From: an uncultured Chloroflexia bacterium
GTDB lineage: Bacteria; Chloroflexota; Limnocylindria; Limnocylindrales; CSP1-4
Reading direction: 5' to 3'
NCBI GenBank assembly: GCA_963819655.1
Contig: CAWFXA010000003.1
Coordinates: forward strand, 576,001-640,000
DNA: 64,000 bases
A model generated the notes under the pieces. The model saw only the letters and a program-made list of their open reading frames with translations, made no database searches and had not been told where the DNA came from. The first letter of the stretch is position 1; every line of letters begins with the position of its first letter. Below are positions 30,772 to 41,250 of the stretch, piece by piece. A program made the translations under genes and the position numbers.

Positions 30772-31672
30772 TCAGCTCTGTTCCGGCGAACTCTCCAGAA
30801 CGGCTGCGGCGATCCGTGCGACGCGCGGCGGGTCGGCGATCGCATGGATCTCGACGATCCGGCCGTCGACGACCGTGAAGCCCATCACCGCGACGGGCCG
30901 GCCGCGGACAGTGACGACGGCTCCGGCGGCCCCGTTCACACGTGCAGGCGTCACGACCGCGCCTCGGAAGCCGCGTGCCTGACCGGCCACGGCGGTAGCG
31001 CCCCGGAACACCCTCGTGCCGGGTCTGCCCGGGCCGAGGTCGGCCCGTAGCACCACATCTGGATCGAGCAAGGCGACCAGTGCGTGGAAATCGCCGCCGC
31101 GCGCAGCCCGGAAGAACGCATCGACCACCGCTCGCTGGCGCGCGAGATCGGGATCGGGAGGTGGGATATCGGCGCCCTTGATGCGTCGTCGTGCCCGGCT
31201 GGCCAGCTGTCTCGCCGCCACAGGGGATCGACCGACCATCGGTGCGATCTCGTCGAACGGCAGCTCGAACATGTCGTGGAGCACGAACGCGAGGCGCTCC
31301 GCCGGCGTGAGGCTGTCGAGAACGACGAGCAGGGCGAGGCCGACCGAGTCCGCGAGCAGCGCCTCCTCCTCCGGCTGGAGGCCTCCCTCCGGCGTGATGA
31401 CCGGATCTGGAACATGTGCATCGAGCGACTCCTCGCGCCGCCGTTTCCGGGATCGCAGCATGTTGAGGCAGACGCGAGCGACGATCGTCGTCAACCATCC
31501 GCGGAGGTTGTCGATCTCGTCCGCATCGGCCCGGCTGGCGCGAAGCCACGCGTCCTGGACGGCATCGTCCGCCTCGCTGAGCGAGCCGAGCATCCGATAG
31601 GCCACCGCGTTCAGATGGGGCCGGTGCTCCTCGAAGCGGCCGGACAGCCACTCGTTCTCGTTCGTCGGTCAC
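30772..31672 (-). CDS. ECF41 (SigJ-like) sigma factor with C-terminal SnoaL-like extension; indel near start
   Basis: AYRMLGSLSEADDAVQDAWLR, PDPV, ERLAFVLHDMF, RQLASRARRR, LLDPDVVLRAD, NG motif; GGAGG-GTG start is out of frame. Confidence 0.9.
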
Positions 31673-31701
31673 GTCCTCCTGCTGGTCGGTGTCATCCAAC
31701 T

Positions 31702-31728
31702 GACCCCATCGACACAACCGATGTGACA
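31702..31728 (-). promoter_or_regulatory. ECF41-type promoter
   Basis: TGTCACA-N16-GGTC versus ECF41 consensus TGTCACA-N16-CGTC. Confidence 0.7.
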
Positions 31729-31740
31729 AGGAGCCATGCC

Positions 31741-32574
31741 ATGGACACCACCACGACCAAGACGACCCCACCGATCCTCGTCACGGGCGGCACAGGCACG
31801 CTCGGACGCCTCGTCGTCGCCCGACTGCGCGATGCCGGGCGCACGGTCAGGGTGTTGAGTCGGAGCGCCTACCAGGATGACGGTATCGAGTTCGTCACCG
31901 GCGACCTCGCCACGAACGAGGGTGTCGACGCTGCGGTGGCCGGAGTCGACATCATCGTCCACTGCGCGGGCAGCGCCAAGGGAGACGAGGTCAAGGCCCG
32001 ACATCTGATCCGCGCGGCTTCGGCGGCCGGAGCGAAGCACCTCGTGTACATCTCGGTCGTCGGTGCCGACCTGATCCCGATGGCCGGTTGGATCGACCGC
32101 GCGATGTTCGGCTACTTCGGGTCGAAGCACGCGGCCGAGCAGGCGGTGGCCGGTTCCGGCATCCCGTGGACGACACTGCGCGCGACCCAGTTCTTCGACC
32201 TGACGCTGAAGACGGCGGAAGGGATGGCGAAGCTGCCCGTGATCCCGGTCCCGGCCGGCTTCCGGTTCCAGCCGGTCGACGCCGGCGAGGTGGCCGATCG
32301 ACTCGCGGAGCTCGCCCTCGGCACACCCGCAGGCCTGGTGCCCTCGATCGGCGGCGCGCGGGCCTTCGACATGGCCGAGCTGGTCCAGAGCTATCTGCAG
32401 GCCGCCGGCAAGCATCGTCCGATCGTGCGGATGCCGATCCCCGGCAAGGCGGCCGCCGCGATCCGCGATGGCGCGAACCTGGCGCCGGACCGGGCGGTCG
32501 GCCGACGGACGTGGGAGGAGTTCCTTGCCGCGCGTGTGACCGGTCGACAGGAGCTCGCCGTCGATCGCCGCTGA
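31741..32574 (+). CDS. NmrA/atypical SDR NAD(P)-binding protein
   Basis: ILVTGGTGTLG, YFGSK, LRATQF; typical ECF41 neighbour. Confidence 0.9.
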   Translation: MDTTTTKTTPPILVTGGTGTLGRLVVARLRDAGRTVRVLSRSAYQDDGIEFVTGDLATNEGVDAAVAGVDIIVHCAGSAKGDEVKARHLIRAASAAGAKHLVYISVVGADLIPMAGWIDRAMFGYFGSKHAAEQAVAGSGIPWTTLRATQFFDLTLKTAEGMAKLPVIPVPAGFRFQPVDAGEVADRLAELALGTPAGLVPSIGGARAFDMAELVQSYLQAAGKHRPIVRMPIPGKAAAAIRDGANLAPDRAVGRRTWEEFLAARVTGRQELAVDRR

Positions 32575-32607
32575 GGCGACCGGCACGAGGTCGGTCCTCG
32601 GCGACGC

Positions 32608-33123
32608 TCAGGGCGTCTCTTCGATCGACAGGTCGACCGGATCCGTCAAGCCTGCCGCCTTCTCGAATGCCAAGGCAAAGTCCTCCGATGGTCCGGAATG
32701 ACCTTCAGACTCCTCGGCGGTATGCGTCCGGGCAAAGGCGAGGTGGGCGGCCTCGTGGCGCACGGTAACCCGAAGTTCCGCCGGCGACGTCCAATTCGCG
32801 AACACCCAGATCATCGTCGGATAGTCGGTCGTGAAGGCACCCTTGAACCCGTAGCGCAGCCCGGAGGCCGGCGGCGGCACGACCGTGTCGACGAACGCGA
32901 CGGATGCCTCCGGCACGTCGAGTTGCAGACACGCCTCGGCGAGAGCGACCAACGCCGTCTTGACATAGGCCTCGTCCGGGTTCGCGACCCTCACCTGTTC
33001 AGACTGGACGTGCACACCGACCTTCTCGAGGAAGGCGAACTGCGGAAATTCGTCCCGACCGATCTCGAACGTTCCGTCCGCCGAGTCGACGCTGATGCTG
33101 GCGACCGAAACGCGTGGCTTCAC
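32608..33123 (-). CDS. Hypothetical protein with HExxH zinc-metallopeptidase motif
   Basis: VTVRHEAAHL...SEDFALAF. Confidence 0.6.
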   Translation of the reverse strand: MKPRVSVASISVDSADGTFEIGRDEFPQFAFLEKVGVHVQSEQVRVANPDEAYVKTALVALAEACLQLDVPEASVAFVDTVVPPPASGLRYGFKGAFTTDYPTMIWVFANWTSPAELRVTVRHEAAHLAFARTHTAEESEGHSGPSEDFALAFEKAAGLTDPVDLSIEETP

Positions 33124-33214
33124 GCTCGTAGTGTCTCAGGCCGGTTGCAGCGTCACCGGTTGCCGTGCCTTGACGCACCGTCTACCGTGACCGCCAGTCG
33201 TCAGGGGATGGTCG

Positions 33215-34132
33215 ATGCGTCGCTTACCACGCCTCGTGCTCGTCGGTCTGATCGTTGTGGGATGCGGATCGGCGGGCCAGTCGTCGAACCCATCCGCCAC
33301 GGCCACCTTGGGGCCATCGCCTGTCGCCTCAGCGGGAGCCAGCGCGTCGAGCGACGGACCGTCGCCATCGCCTGTCGTCGCGCAGAGTCCGTCTCCAACC
33401 GGTCGACTGGCGCTCGAGTCCGTGGCCGAGGTCGTCACCGACGACCTGCGTGTTCGATCGGCTCCTGCTGTCAGCGAGACATCGATGGTGCTCGAGCCCC
33501 TGCTGCAGCCGGGGACGAAGTTGTACGTGATCGATGGTCCGGTGGGTGCCTCCGGCTACGAGTGGTACGAGGTCCTGACGTTCGATGTCGACCTGACGCC
33601 GCCCGGTGACATCGTCGATGAGGACATCGTCGAGGACGGCTGGGTGGCCGCAGCGGACAAGAACGGTGAGGCCTGGATCCAGGCGGCCGCTTTCGACTGT
33701 CCGCCGACGCCGACGGTCGTCGACGAGCTTGTCTCGATGGACGGTGTCACGGCACTTGCGTGCTTCGGTAGCAAGCCGCTGACGCTCGCCGCGCGCATCC
33801 TCGACTGTCAAGAGTCGCCCGAACTGCGCTCCGAGATGTGGTGCGAGGCCGACACCGGAGGAGAGTCCCTCCAGCCGGAGTGGTTCGACCGCAGCTTCGC
33901 ATTCCTGGTCCCCGAGGAAGGGTCGTTCAACGAGAACTCGATGCTGGAGCTCCATGCCGACCCGCTCGGCACATATCCGGATCGTATGCCCTACGGAGTC
34001 CCCGTGGACGTCACCGGCCAGTTCAACCACCCGGCGGCGAGCGCCTGCACGGTCTATCACTACTTCAAGAACGACACGCCGTCCGTCGGTTGCCGCCTCC
34101 AGTTCGCCGTGACCGCCGTCGCGACCCGCTGA
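33215..34132 (+). CDS. Lipoprotein with S/P-rich linker and SH3b-like segment
   Basis: Lipobox VVGC; LRVRSAP...GPV..SGYEWYEV...GWVA; Cys-rich C-terminus. Confidence 0.75.
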   Translation: MRRLPRLVLVGLIVVGCGSAGQSSNPSATATLGPSPVASAGASASSDGPSPSPVVAQSPSPTGRLALESVAEVVTDDLRVRSAPAVSETSMVLEPLLQPGTKLYVIDGPVGASGYEWYEVLTFDVDLTPPGDIVDEDIVEDGWVAAADKNGEAWIQAAAFDCPPTPTVVDELVSMDGVTALACFGSKPLTLAARILDCQESPELRSEMWCEADTGGESLQPEWFDRSFAFLVPEEGSFNENSMLELHADPLGTYPDRMPYGVPVDVTGQFNHPAASACTVYHYFKNDTPSVGCRLQFAVTAVATR

Positions 34133-34138
34133 CACACG

Positions 34139-35390
34139 TCACGCCTCGCTGGCGTGGACGATGTGGTCGAACTGGCGCCACAGCAGCGTCAACGAGCAGC
34201 GCCGAGCCGATGAACCCGAACCAGAACGGCGCCGTGATGCCGAACTCGCGCGCGAGCAGGCCGCCGATCGGCGTGCCGACCACGATGCCACCGACCACGC
34301 CGACGATGTAGATGCCGGTGACTCGGCCGAGAAGCTCGTCTGGCACCGCGCGCTGGCGCACGACCGTCGAGGTGGTGCCCCAGACGAACGCATGCGCACC
34401 GAAGACGACCATCGTCACCAGGGCGACGACCGGTGACGTCGTGAGCGCGAGGACCAGGTGGGTGAACGTCTCGATGAGAAGCCCGACGCGCATGATGTCG
34501 GCCAGGGCGAACCGTCTCTCGAGGCGGCCGTAGCTCGCCGTCCCGACGATCCCGCCGACGGCGACGGCGGTCGTGAGCAGCCCGAACCCCACAGCGTCCA
34601 TCCCGAGGCGTTCGCTGGCGTAGAGCACCAGCACGGCCCACGCTGCGCCATAGGTCACGTTGAACGCGATGATCGTGAGGGCCAACGTCCGCATCGGTGG
34701 GTGTGCCATAAGCCAGCGAAGGCCCTCGACCATCTCCGCCCGAAGGTTCCGCCCCTCCGCCGCCCGCTCGGTGGCGGTCTCAGCGATGTCCGTCACGACG
34801 CGCGTGACCAGCACAGCGCCGAGCGCGAAGCACGCTGCGTTCGCGGCGAATGGCAAGGCCATCCCGACGCTGAACATGAACGCGCCGATCGGTGGCCCCA
34901 GCAGCTGGTTGGTCAGGAGGAACGAGCTCGTCAGGCGTGCGTTGGCGACGCCCAGGTCCTCCCGCCCTACGACTCGTGGCAGCAGGCTGTTGCTCGCGAC
35001 GTCGGCGAAGATCTCCGCGGTCCCGAGGACGAACAGCGCCAGCAGCACGACCGCGATGCTCACGTTTCCGCCGACGATCGCCCCTGCGAGGATCGCCAGC
35101 ACGGCCGCCCGGGCCAGGTTGACGCCGGCGATGATGCGACGGCGGTCGAAGCGGTCGGCGATGGCACCGGCCGGGATGCCGAACAGCAGGTTCGGGAGCT
35201 GCTGGCTCAGGAGTGCCATCGACACCAGCAGCGGGTCGCGGGTCTGGGCGGCGACCAGGAGCGGACCGGCGGCGAGCGCGATCCCATCGCCCACGTTGGT
35301 GACGACGGACGACGCGAGGAGCCAGCGGAAGCTCCCCCCGAACCGGGACGGCGCGATCGTCTCAACGGCGAGGCCAGGATGGAGGCGCAC
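34139..35390 (-). CDS. MFS transporter (MFS_3/H+ antiporter-like), frameshifted at ~34190
   Basis: GAIADRFDRRR motif A, RQRAVPDELLGRV; about 12 TM. Confidence 0.9.
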
Positions 35391-35455
35391 CGGCCGGAGG
35401 ATAGCAACGCAGACCCTCGCAGGCGGGCTTGACATGCATGTCCTACGCTCGGGAC

Positions 35456-35899
35456 ATGACCACGCCAAACGACCCGACCGGTCCTGACCCGGACGCCATC
35501 ACCGAGTACATCAGCACGACATATCCCGACGCAGACGTCGTTGCGATCGACGGAATGGCCTTCTTCTCGGTCGACCCCGAGAAGCACTGGCCGAACTTCG
35601 CGACTCTCGTCTGGAGCGACGACACCGACCGGGTCAGCGAGCTGTCGCGGCCGGGAGTGTTTCGGGTCAGTCTCGGTCTGAGCCGGGCGACCTTCGATCG
35701 CCTCGTCGGGTCGATCGCCGATCCGGACTTCACGGAGTTGGATCGACTCCTTCCGCATCCCGACTACGCGCGCCAGCATTGGGTGGCGATCCTCAGCCCG
35801 AGCGCAGCCACCTTCGCGGAGACCGTGGTGCCGCTCCTCGACGAAGCGCACGACCGCCTTGCAGCCCAGCGGGCCCGACACGCCCGTCCGGACGGCTAG
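35456..35899 (+). CDS. DUF6194-like protein
   Basis: LSRPGVFRVSLG, DRLLPHPDYARQHWVAILSP. Confidence 0.8.
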   Translation: MTTPNDPTGPDPDAITEYISTTYPDADVVAIDGMAFFSVDPEKHWPNFATLVWSDDTDRVSELSRPGVFRVSLGLSRATFDRLVGSIADPDFTELDRLLPHPDYARQHWVAILSPSAATFAETVVPLLDEAHDRLAAQRARHARPDG

Positions 35900-37860
35900 C
35901 GCCAGTCGACGCTGCGCACCTCGACCGGCTCCTCGACGCCTTTCAAGCTGAGCTGACGCGGGTCTGACAGCCCGAAACGCGGCGACCCGATGCCGACCAT
36001 CGCCGCTTCGGAGACCAGGATCTCCTCGCCCGCCGCGGCCGCGCCGATACGGGCGGCGACATGCACGCCACGACCACTGTAGTCGCGGCCCTCGCGGGTA
36101 GCCTCCGTGGTGTGGAGACCGATCCGCACCCGCGGCGCGAACCCGTGCTCGCGGCGGTGCCGCGCCAGACGCCGCTGGATATCGACCCCGCACTCGATCG
36201 CATCGATCGCCCGCTCGAAGGCGATGAAGAACCCGTCGCCGGTCGAGTTGACCTCCTCGCCGCGGTGCTGCGCGAACGCCGACCGGAGCTCCCGGTCATG
36301 CCAGCGCAACAGCTCGCCCCAGGCGTCGTCGCCGATCAACCCCACAAGGTCAGTCGACGTGACGATGTCGGTGAACATGAACGTCTTCGTGACGCGCTTT
36401 GACGGGCTCGCGGACGCCGGCGCGCTGTCCCCCAGGAGCTCGTCGACACGCTTCAGGTCGAGCGTGGCGCCGAGCCGCTCGAACACGGTGCGGGCGGCGC
36501 GCAGGTCGCGGCGGGCGGTTTCCGGGTCCCCCTCGGCCGTTAGCGCCTCGGCGTACCGCAGCCGCGCTCGCGCGCTCTCGTACGGCAGGTCGGTCTCCTG
36601 CCACAGCCGCCACGACCGGCCCAGGATGGGCGAGGCCTCCGACGGCCGATCCTCTCCGAGGAGCAATTCGCCTCGACCCGTGAGGGCGCCGGCTTCGAAC
36701 ACGGGTCTCTGGAACTCGGCTGCGATCGATTCGAGCTCGTCGACCGCTGGACCCGCCGTCTCGAGATCGCCGGCGGCGAGGGCGATGTCCACCTGAGCGG
36801 GGAGCAGCCGGGCCCGGGTCGCTCGATCGGCGGGCCCTCCACTGCCTGCAGCCACGCCGAGCGCGCGACCGATCGACTTCGCCGCTTCGTCGACCTCTCC
36901 CCGGGCCAGGTGCAGCATCGACAGGCCGGGCTGGGCGTCGTGGCCGAACTCGTACGCCCGGTCGAATGCCTCGGCAGCCGCCTCGAGGTCGCCCATGCGC
37001 AGCCGGACCTCGCCGACCTGGTAGTGGGCGTAGCCGACGGCATCCAGGAGACCGAACCGCTCGAGCTCGTCGCAGGCCGCTCGTGCCTCCTGCTCGGCCT
37101 CGGGCCATCGTCCGCGGAGCATGTTGAGCTCGGCACGGTGGACGCGACAGATGCCCGGGTAGCCGCCGACCGACTGGCGACGCATCCAGCGTTCGCCTTC
37201 CTCGACCCACTGGGCCGCGCGCTTGTAGTCGCCGGCGTTCCGGCAGGCGGCGATCGTGTTGCACCAGATATCGCTCGCGACCCGGAGGTCGAGCTGGTTC
37301 GATGACGCCGCGGTCGCAGCCTCGTCGATGAGGGCGAGGCCCGCCTGCCAGTTGCCCGCGAAGACTTCGGCCATGCCCTTGAAGCTCATCGCCATATACA
37401 GGGCGCTCGGCTCGTCGTATTTTCGAGCCATCGCCATCGCCTGATCGGCGAGCTCGATCCCTTCGGCGATGCGGGTCTCCATCACTGCCCCGAAAGACTG
37501 GAAGACCAGGAACCGGGCATGCAACGCCGACTCCGGCTCCGATTCGAGCAGTCGCGCGGCCCGAGCGAGCCACCCACCGCCGATCGATCCGTTGCGGCGG
37601 CGGAAGGCTGTATACGCGAGGAGCATCGCCACACGGGCGGCGTCACTCGATCGGCCGGCGTCCGCGTAGCCGGAGAACGCGCGCTCCATGGCGTCCGAGG
37701 CTTCGTCGGGACGGCCCGCCCACCAGGCGGCCGTGCTCAGCAGCTCCAGATCGTCCGGCTCGAGCCCGCTGTCGCGATCGGCCGCGCCGAACACCTCCAC
37801 TGCCTCCGCCCATGCGTGGCGGTCGATCGCGTCGCGACCGAGCTCGAGGGTCTCGACCAT
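35896..37860 (-). CDS. TPR-like helical domain fused to class III adenylate cyclase
   Basis: FMFTDIVTST, VNSTGDG, RIGLHT, DYSGRGVHVAAR, LKGV; N-terminal helical repeats. Confidence 0.9.
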   Translation of the reverse strand: MVETLELGRDAIDRHAWAEAVEVFGAADRDSGLEPDDLELLSTAAWWAGRPDEASDAMERAFSGYADAGRSSDAARVAMLLAYTAFRRRNGSIGGGWLARAARLLESEPESALHARFLVFQSFGAVMETRIAEGIELADQAMAMARKYDEPSALYMAMSFKGMAEVFAGNWQAGLALIDEAATAASSNQLDLRVASDIWCNTIAACRNAGDYKRAAQWVEEGERWMRRQSVGGYPGICRVHRAELNMLRGRWPEAEQEARAACDELERFGLLDAVGYAHYQVGEVRLRMGDLEAAAEAFDRAYEFGHDAQPGLSMLHLARGEVDEAAKSIGRALGVAAGSGGPADRATRARLLPAQVDIALAAGDLETAGPAVDELESIAAEFQRPVFEAGALTGRGELLLGEDRPSEASPILGRSWRLWQETDLPYESARARLRYAEALTAEGDPETARRDLRAARTVFERLGATLDLKRVDELLGDSAPASASPSKRVTKTFMFTDIVTSTDLVGLIGDDAWGELLRWHDRELRSAFAQHRGEEVNSTGDGFFIAFERAIDAIECGVDIQRRLARHRREHGFAPRVRIGLHTTEATREGRDYSGRGVHVAARIGAAAAGEEILVSEAAMVGIGSPRFGLSDPRQLSLKGVEEPVEVRSVDWR

Positions 37861-38035
37861 CGTGGGACGCACCCGTTGACGTGGCCGCACTCGTCGTGCG
37901 GCTGCGAGGATACGCTACGCCCGGGTGCCCGCCGACGCCAGCACCTGCTTTCATGACGACGGTTGCGAAGATTGAACTCACGCCGACCTACCGGCACTCG
38001 ATGTGGTGGACGCAACGAACGTGGAGGGGCCACGT

Positions 38036-39796
38036 ATGCGTGACTGGCTCCGCAGGCGCACACACGCTCTTCGGGGATCGGTCGGGTTCGTCCTGCTGAG
38101 CCTATTCGTCGCCGGGTGCGGCGGCCCACCGACGCCGAGCACGCCGCGAGTCGTCGTCATGGATGACTTCGAATCTGGGGACCTGGCCGCTTGGCGCGAG
38201 GTTGACAGTGGTGCCGGAGGCTGGTTCGTCTACAAGGAGGGCCAGCAGGGACGCGACCCGACGGTGTCAAGCGATCCGGGTAGCCCGGTCCGCCTCCCTG
38301 GCCCGCCGCAAGGCGAATTCGCGTTGGCCACAGAAGCGGACGGGCCTGGGACGCACATCCTCTACCGGGATCTCAAGTTGGACGGTCGGTTCACCCTGCA
38401 GATGACTGTCTTCTACACGGGCTCGAGCGCGTTCAGCACGCCCGAGACCCTGGCCCATGACGCGCTCGAAGCCAATCAGCAGTTCCGGATCGATGTCATG
38501 GATCCTTCCGCGCCCATCGACTCGGTAGCGACGAGCGATATCCTCGTCAACGTCTTCCGGACCTCGGCTGGCGACCCGTTCCGCCGCCAGCCGACGGAGG
38601 TCAGCGTGAACTTGGCGTCCCTCGAGAGCAAGACGGTGCGCCTCCGGATCGCCCAGACCGACAACCAGGGACCGATGCGCGTCGGCGTCGACGACATCCG
38701 CTTCCGATCGGTCGACACGGATGGCAACGCGACGCTCGAGCTCCTGCCGACCAAGGAGGCGTCGGATGCGATCGATCTCGTCCTCCACAGGATGACCGAG
38801 GCCGACGCGCTGGCGGCGCTGTCCACACGCGCGAAGGAGCTGCAGCGCGCGGACGAGTTCTCTGGAGCGTTTTTGGTGGCACGCGACGGAGAGGTCCTGC
38901 TCGAGGAGGCCCAGGGCCTTGCCGATCGGGAACGCGGTATGCGTAACACGCTCGACACGAAGTTCCGGATCGGCTCGATGAACAAGATGTTCACGGCGGT
39001 GGCGACGCTCCAACTGGTCGAGAACGGTGAGTTGGCCCTCGACGACCGGATCGGCAAACACCTGCCCGACTACCCGAACAAGGATGTCGCGTCGAAGGTG
39101 ACCGTGCGACACCTGCTCACCCACACGGGCGGCACCGGAGACTTCTTCGGTCCGGAGTTCGACCGGAACCGCGAGACCCTCCGCGACCACAGCGATTACG
39201 TGAAGCTCTTCGGCGCACGTGGGCCGCGCTTCGAGCCAGGCGCGCGCTTCGAATACTCGAACTACGGGTTCGTACTGCTTGGGGCGCTCATCGAGTCTGT
39301 GACCGGTCGGTCGTACTACGACGTGGTGCGCGAGAACGTGTTCGTGCCGTCGGGCATGACATCAACCGACTCGCTCCCAGAGTCCGAGGATGTCATGGAC
39401 CGTTCGACCGGATACACGCGCGAGTCGCCGGACGGTCGCTGGGCTCCGAACACGGACTCCCTCCCGTGGCGTGGCACTTCCGCGGGCGGTGGCTACTCGA
39501 CGGTCGGCGACCTCATGCGTTTCGGCGAAGCATTGCGCGCCGGTACGCTGATCTCGGACGCGACTCTCGCGGAGGCGACCAGCCCGCAGTCCGAGGTGCC
39601 CTACGGACATGGCCTGGACATGAGAGGAGAGGGCTCGTTGCGCAGCTACGGTCATGGCGGTGGAGCGCCCGGTATGAATGGCGAGCTGCGAGTGTTCCCC
39701 GCGCTCGGCTATGTCGTGGTGATCCTCAGCAACATGGATCCACCTGCGGCGGCGAGGCTCCTCGAATTCTTCGATCTTCGGATGCCGGACCGGTAG
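38036..39796 (+). CDS. Lipoprotein serine hydrolase (beta-lactamase class C-like) with extra N-terminal beta-rich domain
   Basis: Lipobox VAGC; SMNK, LLTHTGG, YSN, GHGG. Confidence 0.9.
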   Translation: MRDWLRRRTHALRGSVGFVLLSLFVAGCGGPPTPSTPRVVVMDDFESGDLAAWREVDSGAGGWFVYKEGQQGRDPTVSSDPGSPVRLPGPPQGEFALATEADGPGTHILYRDLKLDGRFTLQMTVFYTGSSAFSTPETLAHDALEANQQFRIDVMDPSAPIDSVATSDILVNVFRTSAGDPFRRQPTEVSVNLASLESKTVRLRIAQTDNQGPMRVGVDDIRFRSVDTDGNATLELLPTKEASDAIDLVLHRMTEADALAALSTRAKELQRADEFSGAFLVARDGEVLLEEAQGLADRERGMRNTLDTKFRIGSMNKMFTAVATLQLVENGELALDDRIGKHLPDYPNKDVASKVTVRHLLTHTGGTGDFFGPEFDRNRETLRDHSDYVKLFGARGPRFEPGARFEYSNYGFVLLGALIESVTGRSYYDVVRENVFVPSGMTSTDSLPESEDVMDRSTGYTRESPDGRWAPNTDSLPWRGTSAGGGYSTVGDLMRFGEALRAGTLISDATLAEATSPQSEVPYGHGLDMRGEGSLRSYGHGGGAPGMNGELRVFPALGYVVVILSNMDPPAAARLLEFFDLRMPDR

Positions 39797-39844
39797 CTTC
39801 CGTCCAGAGGATCCGGCACGGCGACCGCCGCGTATCGTTAGACG

Positions 39845-41206
39845 ATGCCGCCCAACGGATCCCGCGCGTGCGTGCTGACCGTCGCGATCATCGCCGTCAT
39901 CACCGCGTGCGGTGGGCCGGCGCCATCGGGCAGCCCGATCCCGACCGTCGCGGCGAGCGCGAGCCCCTCCCCAGCCTCGGCGACCGTCGCACCCACGAGC
40001 TCCCTGGCCTCCGACCGGCCGATCGCGACGTCGGGCTCGATCGCCGTTCGCACGCCCGATGGCTCGCTGACGATCGTCGACGCCGACGGACGGCCGACCC
40101 CGTTGTCCGACGCCGCGAACGGAACGTACGGGTTCCCGACATGGTCGCCCGACGGCTCGCGGATCGCGGCAGTCCGCGCGAGCGGGACGGGCACCGAGGT
40201 CGTCGTGTTCGACCCCGCCGCGTCAGGCGGCCCGGTCGAGCCTGTCGTCCTCCTCCACAACGAGCAGATCGCGCCGTTCTACCTGTTCTGGGCGCCCGAT
40301 GGCGAGGCCGTGTCGTTCCTCGCGACCGAGGGCGATGTCCTGGCGTTGCGCATCGCCCCGACCGACGGCAGTGCCCCCGTCGACGGCAGCGGGCCGGGCG
40401 CCACCGTCCGCACCGGCAACCCGTTCTACTACGACTGGATCGGGCGGGACCGGCTGGTCGCGCACATCGGCGTCGGCCCGGAGGCGTTCCTCGGCGAGAT
40501 CGGCCTTGACGGCGTCGCCGCGGGCGAAGCGTTGGCCGACCCCGGGGAGTTCCGCTCGGCCGTCGTGAACCGGGATAGGACATCGATCGCGTTCGTCCGT
40601 GGTCGCGATCGCACGGAGAGCGCCATCGTGGTCGCGGCGCGCGATGGGTCGAGCGAACATGTGATGACCGTGTTCGGCCCGTCGGCGATGGCGTTCGACC
40701 CGGCAGGCACGACGCTCGCGACGATCGGCCCGAACGAACCGGTCCCGCCTGACGTCGCCTTCCCGATCGGTCCGCTGCGCCTCATCGATGCGGCTTCAGG
40801 CGAGATCCGGACCCTGCTCGACGGCTTCGTGGTCGGCTTCTGGTGGTCGCCCGATGGTCAGACGATCGCCGCGCTCCGGGTGCAGCCGGCCATCGGCTCG
40901 GCATCGGGCGCGAGCCCGGCCCCCTCCCCCACGCCGGTCGACAACGAACCTCGCCTCGTGTTCGTCGATGTCGCGAGCGGCAAAGTCCGATCGCAGCCAG
41001 TCGTCCAACCCGGTCAGCGCTTCATCGATTCGTTCCTGATCTACTTCGACCAGTACGCTCTGAGCCATCGGATCTGGGCGCCTGACAGCTCGTCGTTCGT
41101 CCTGCCTGAGGCGCTCCCGGACGGCTCGACACAGCTGACGGTCCGTTTCCCGGACGGCGAGCCACCGGTCGCCCTCGACGGCGACATCGGCTTCTGGAGC
41201 CCGTAG
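39845..41206 (+). CDS. TolB-like beta-propeller lipoprotein
   Basis: Lipobox ITAC; WSPDG/WAPDG repeats. Confidence 0.82.
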   Translation: MPPNGSRACVLTVAIIAVITACGGPAPSGSPIPTVAASASPSPASATVAPTSSLASDRPIATSGSIAVRTPDGSLTIVDADGRPTPLSDAANGTYGFPTWSPDGSRIAAVRASGTGTEVVVFDPAASGGPVEPVVLLHNEQIAPFYLFWAPDGEAVSFLATEGDVLALRIAPTDGSAPVDGSGPGATVRTGNPFYYDWIGRDRLVAHIGVGPEAFLGEIGLDGVAAGEALADPGEFRSAVVNRDRTSIAFVRGRDRTESAIVVAARDGSSEHVMTVFGPSAMAFDPAGTTLATIGPNEPVPPDVAFPIGPLRLIDAASGEIRTLLDGFVVGFWWSPDGQTIAALRVQPAIGSASGASPAPSPTPVDNEPRLVFVDVASGKVRSQPVVQPGQRFIDSFLIYFDQYALSHRIWAPDSSSFVLPEALPDGSTQLTVRFPDGEPPVALDGDIGFWSP

Positions 41207-41250
41207 CGGGGCCTGTTGCGCGGGGCCTGGTGCGGCGGCGCCGCGAGGCG

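Noticed and set aside
31084-31740. N-terminal extension of the NmrA-like ORF
   Set aside because: Antisense to the ECF41 gene; AAGGAG RBS supports a start at 31741
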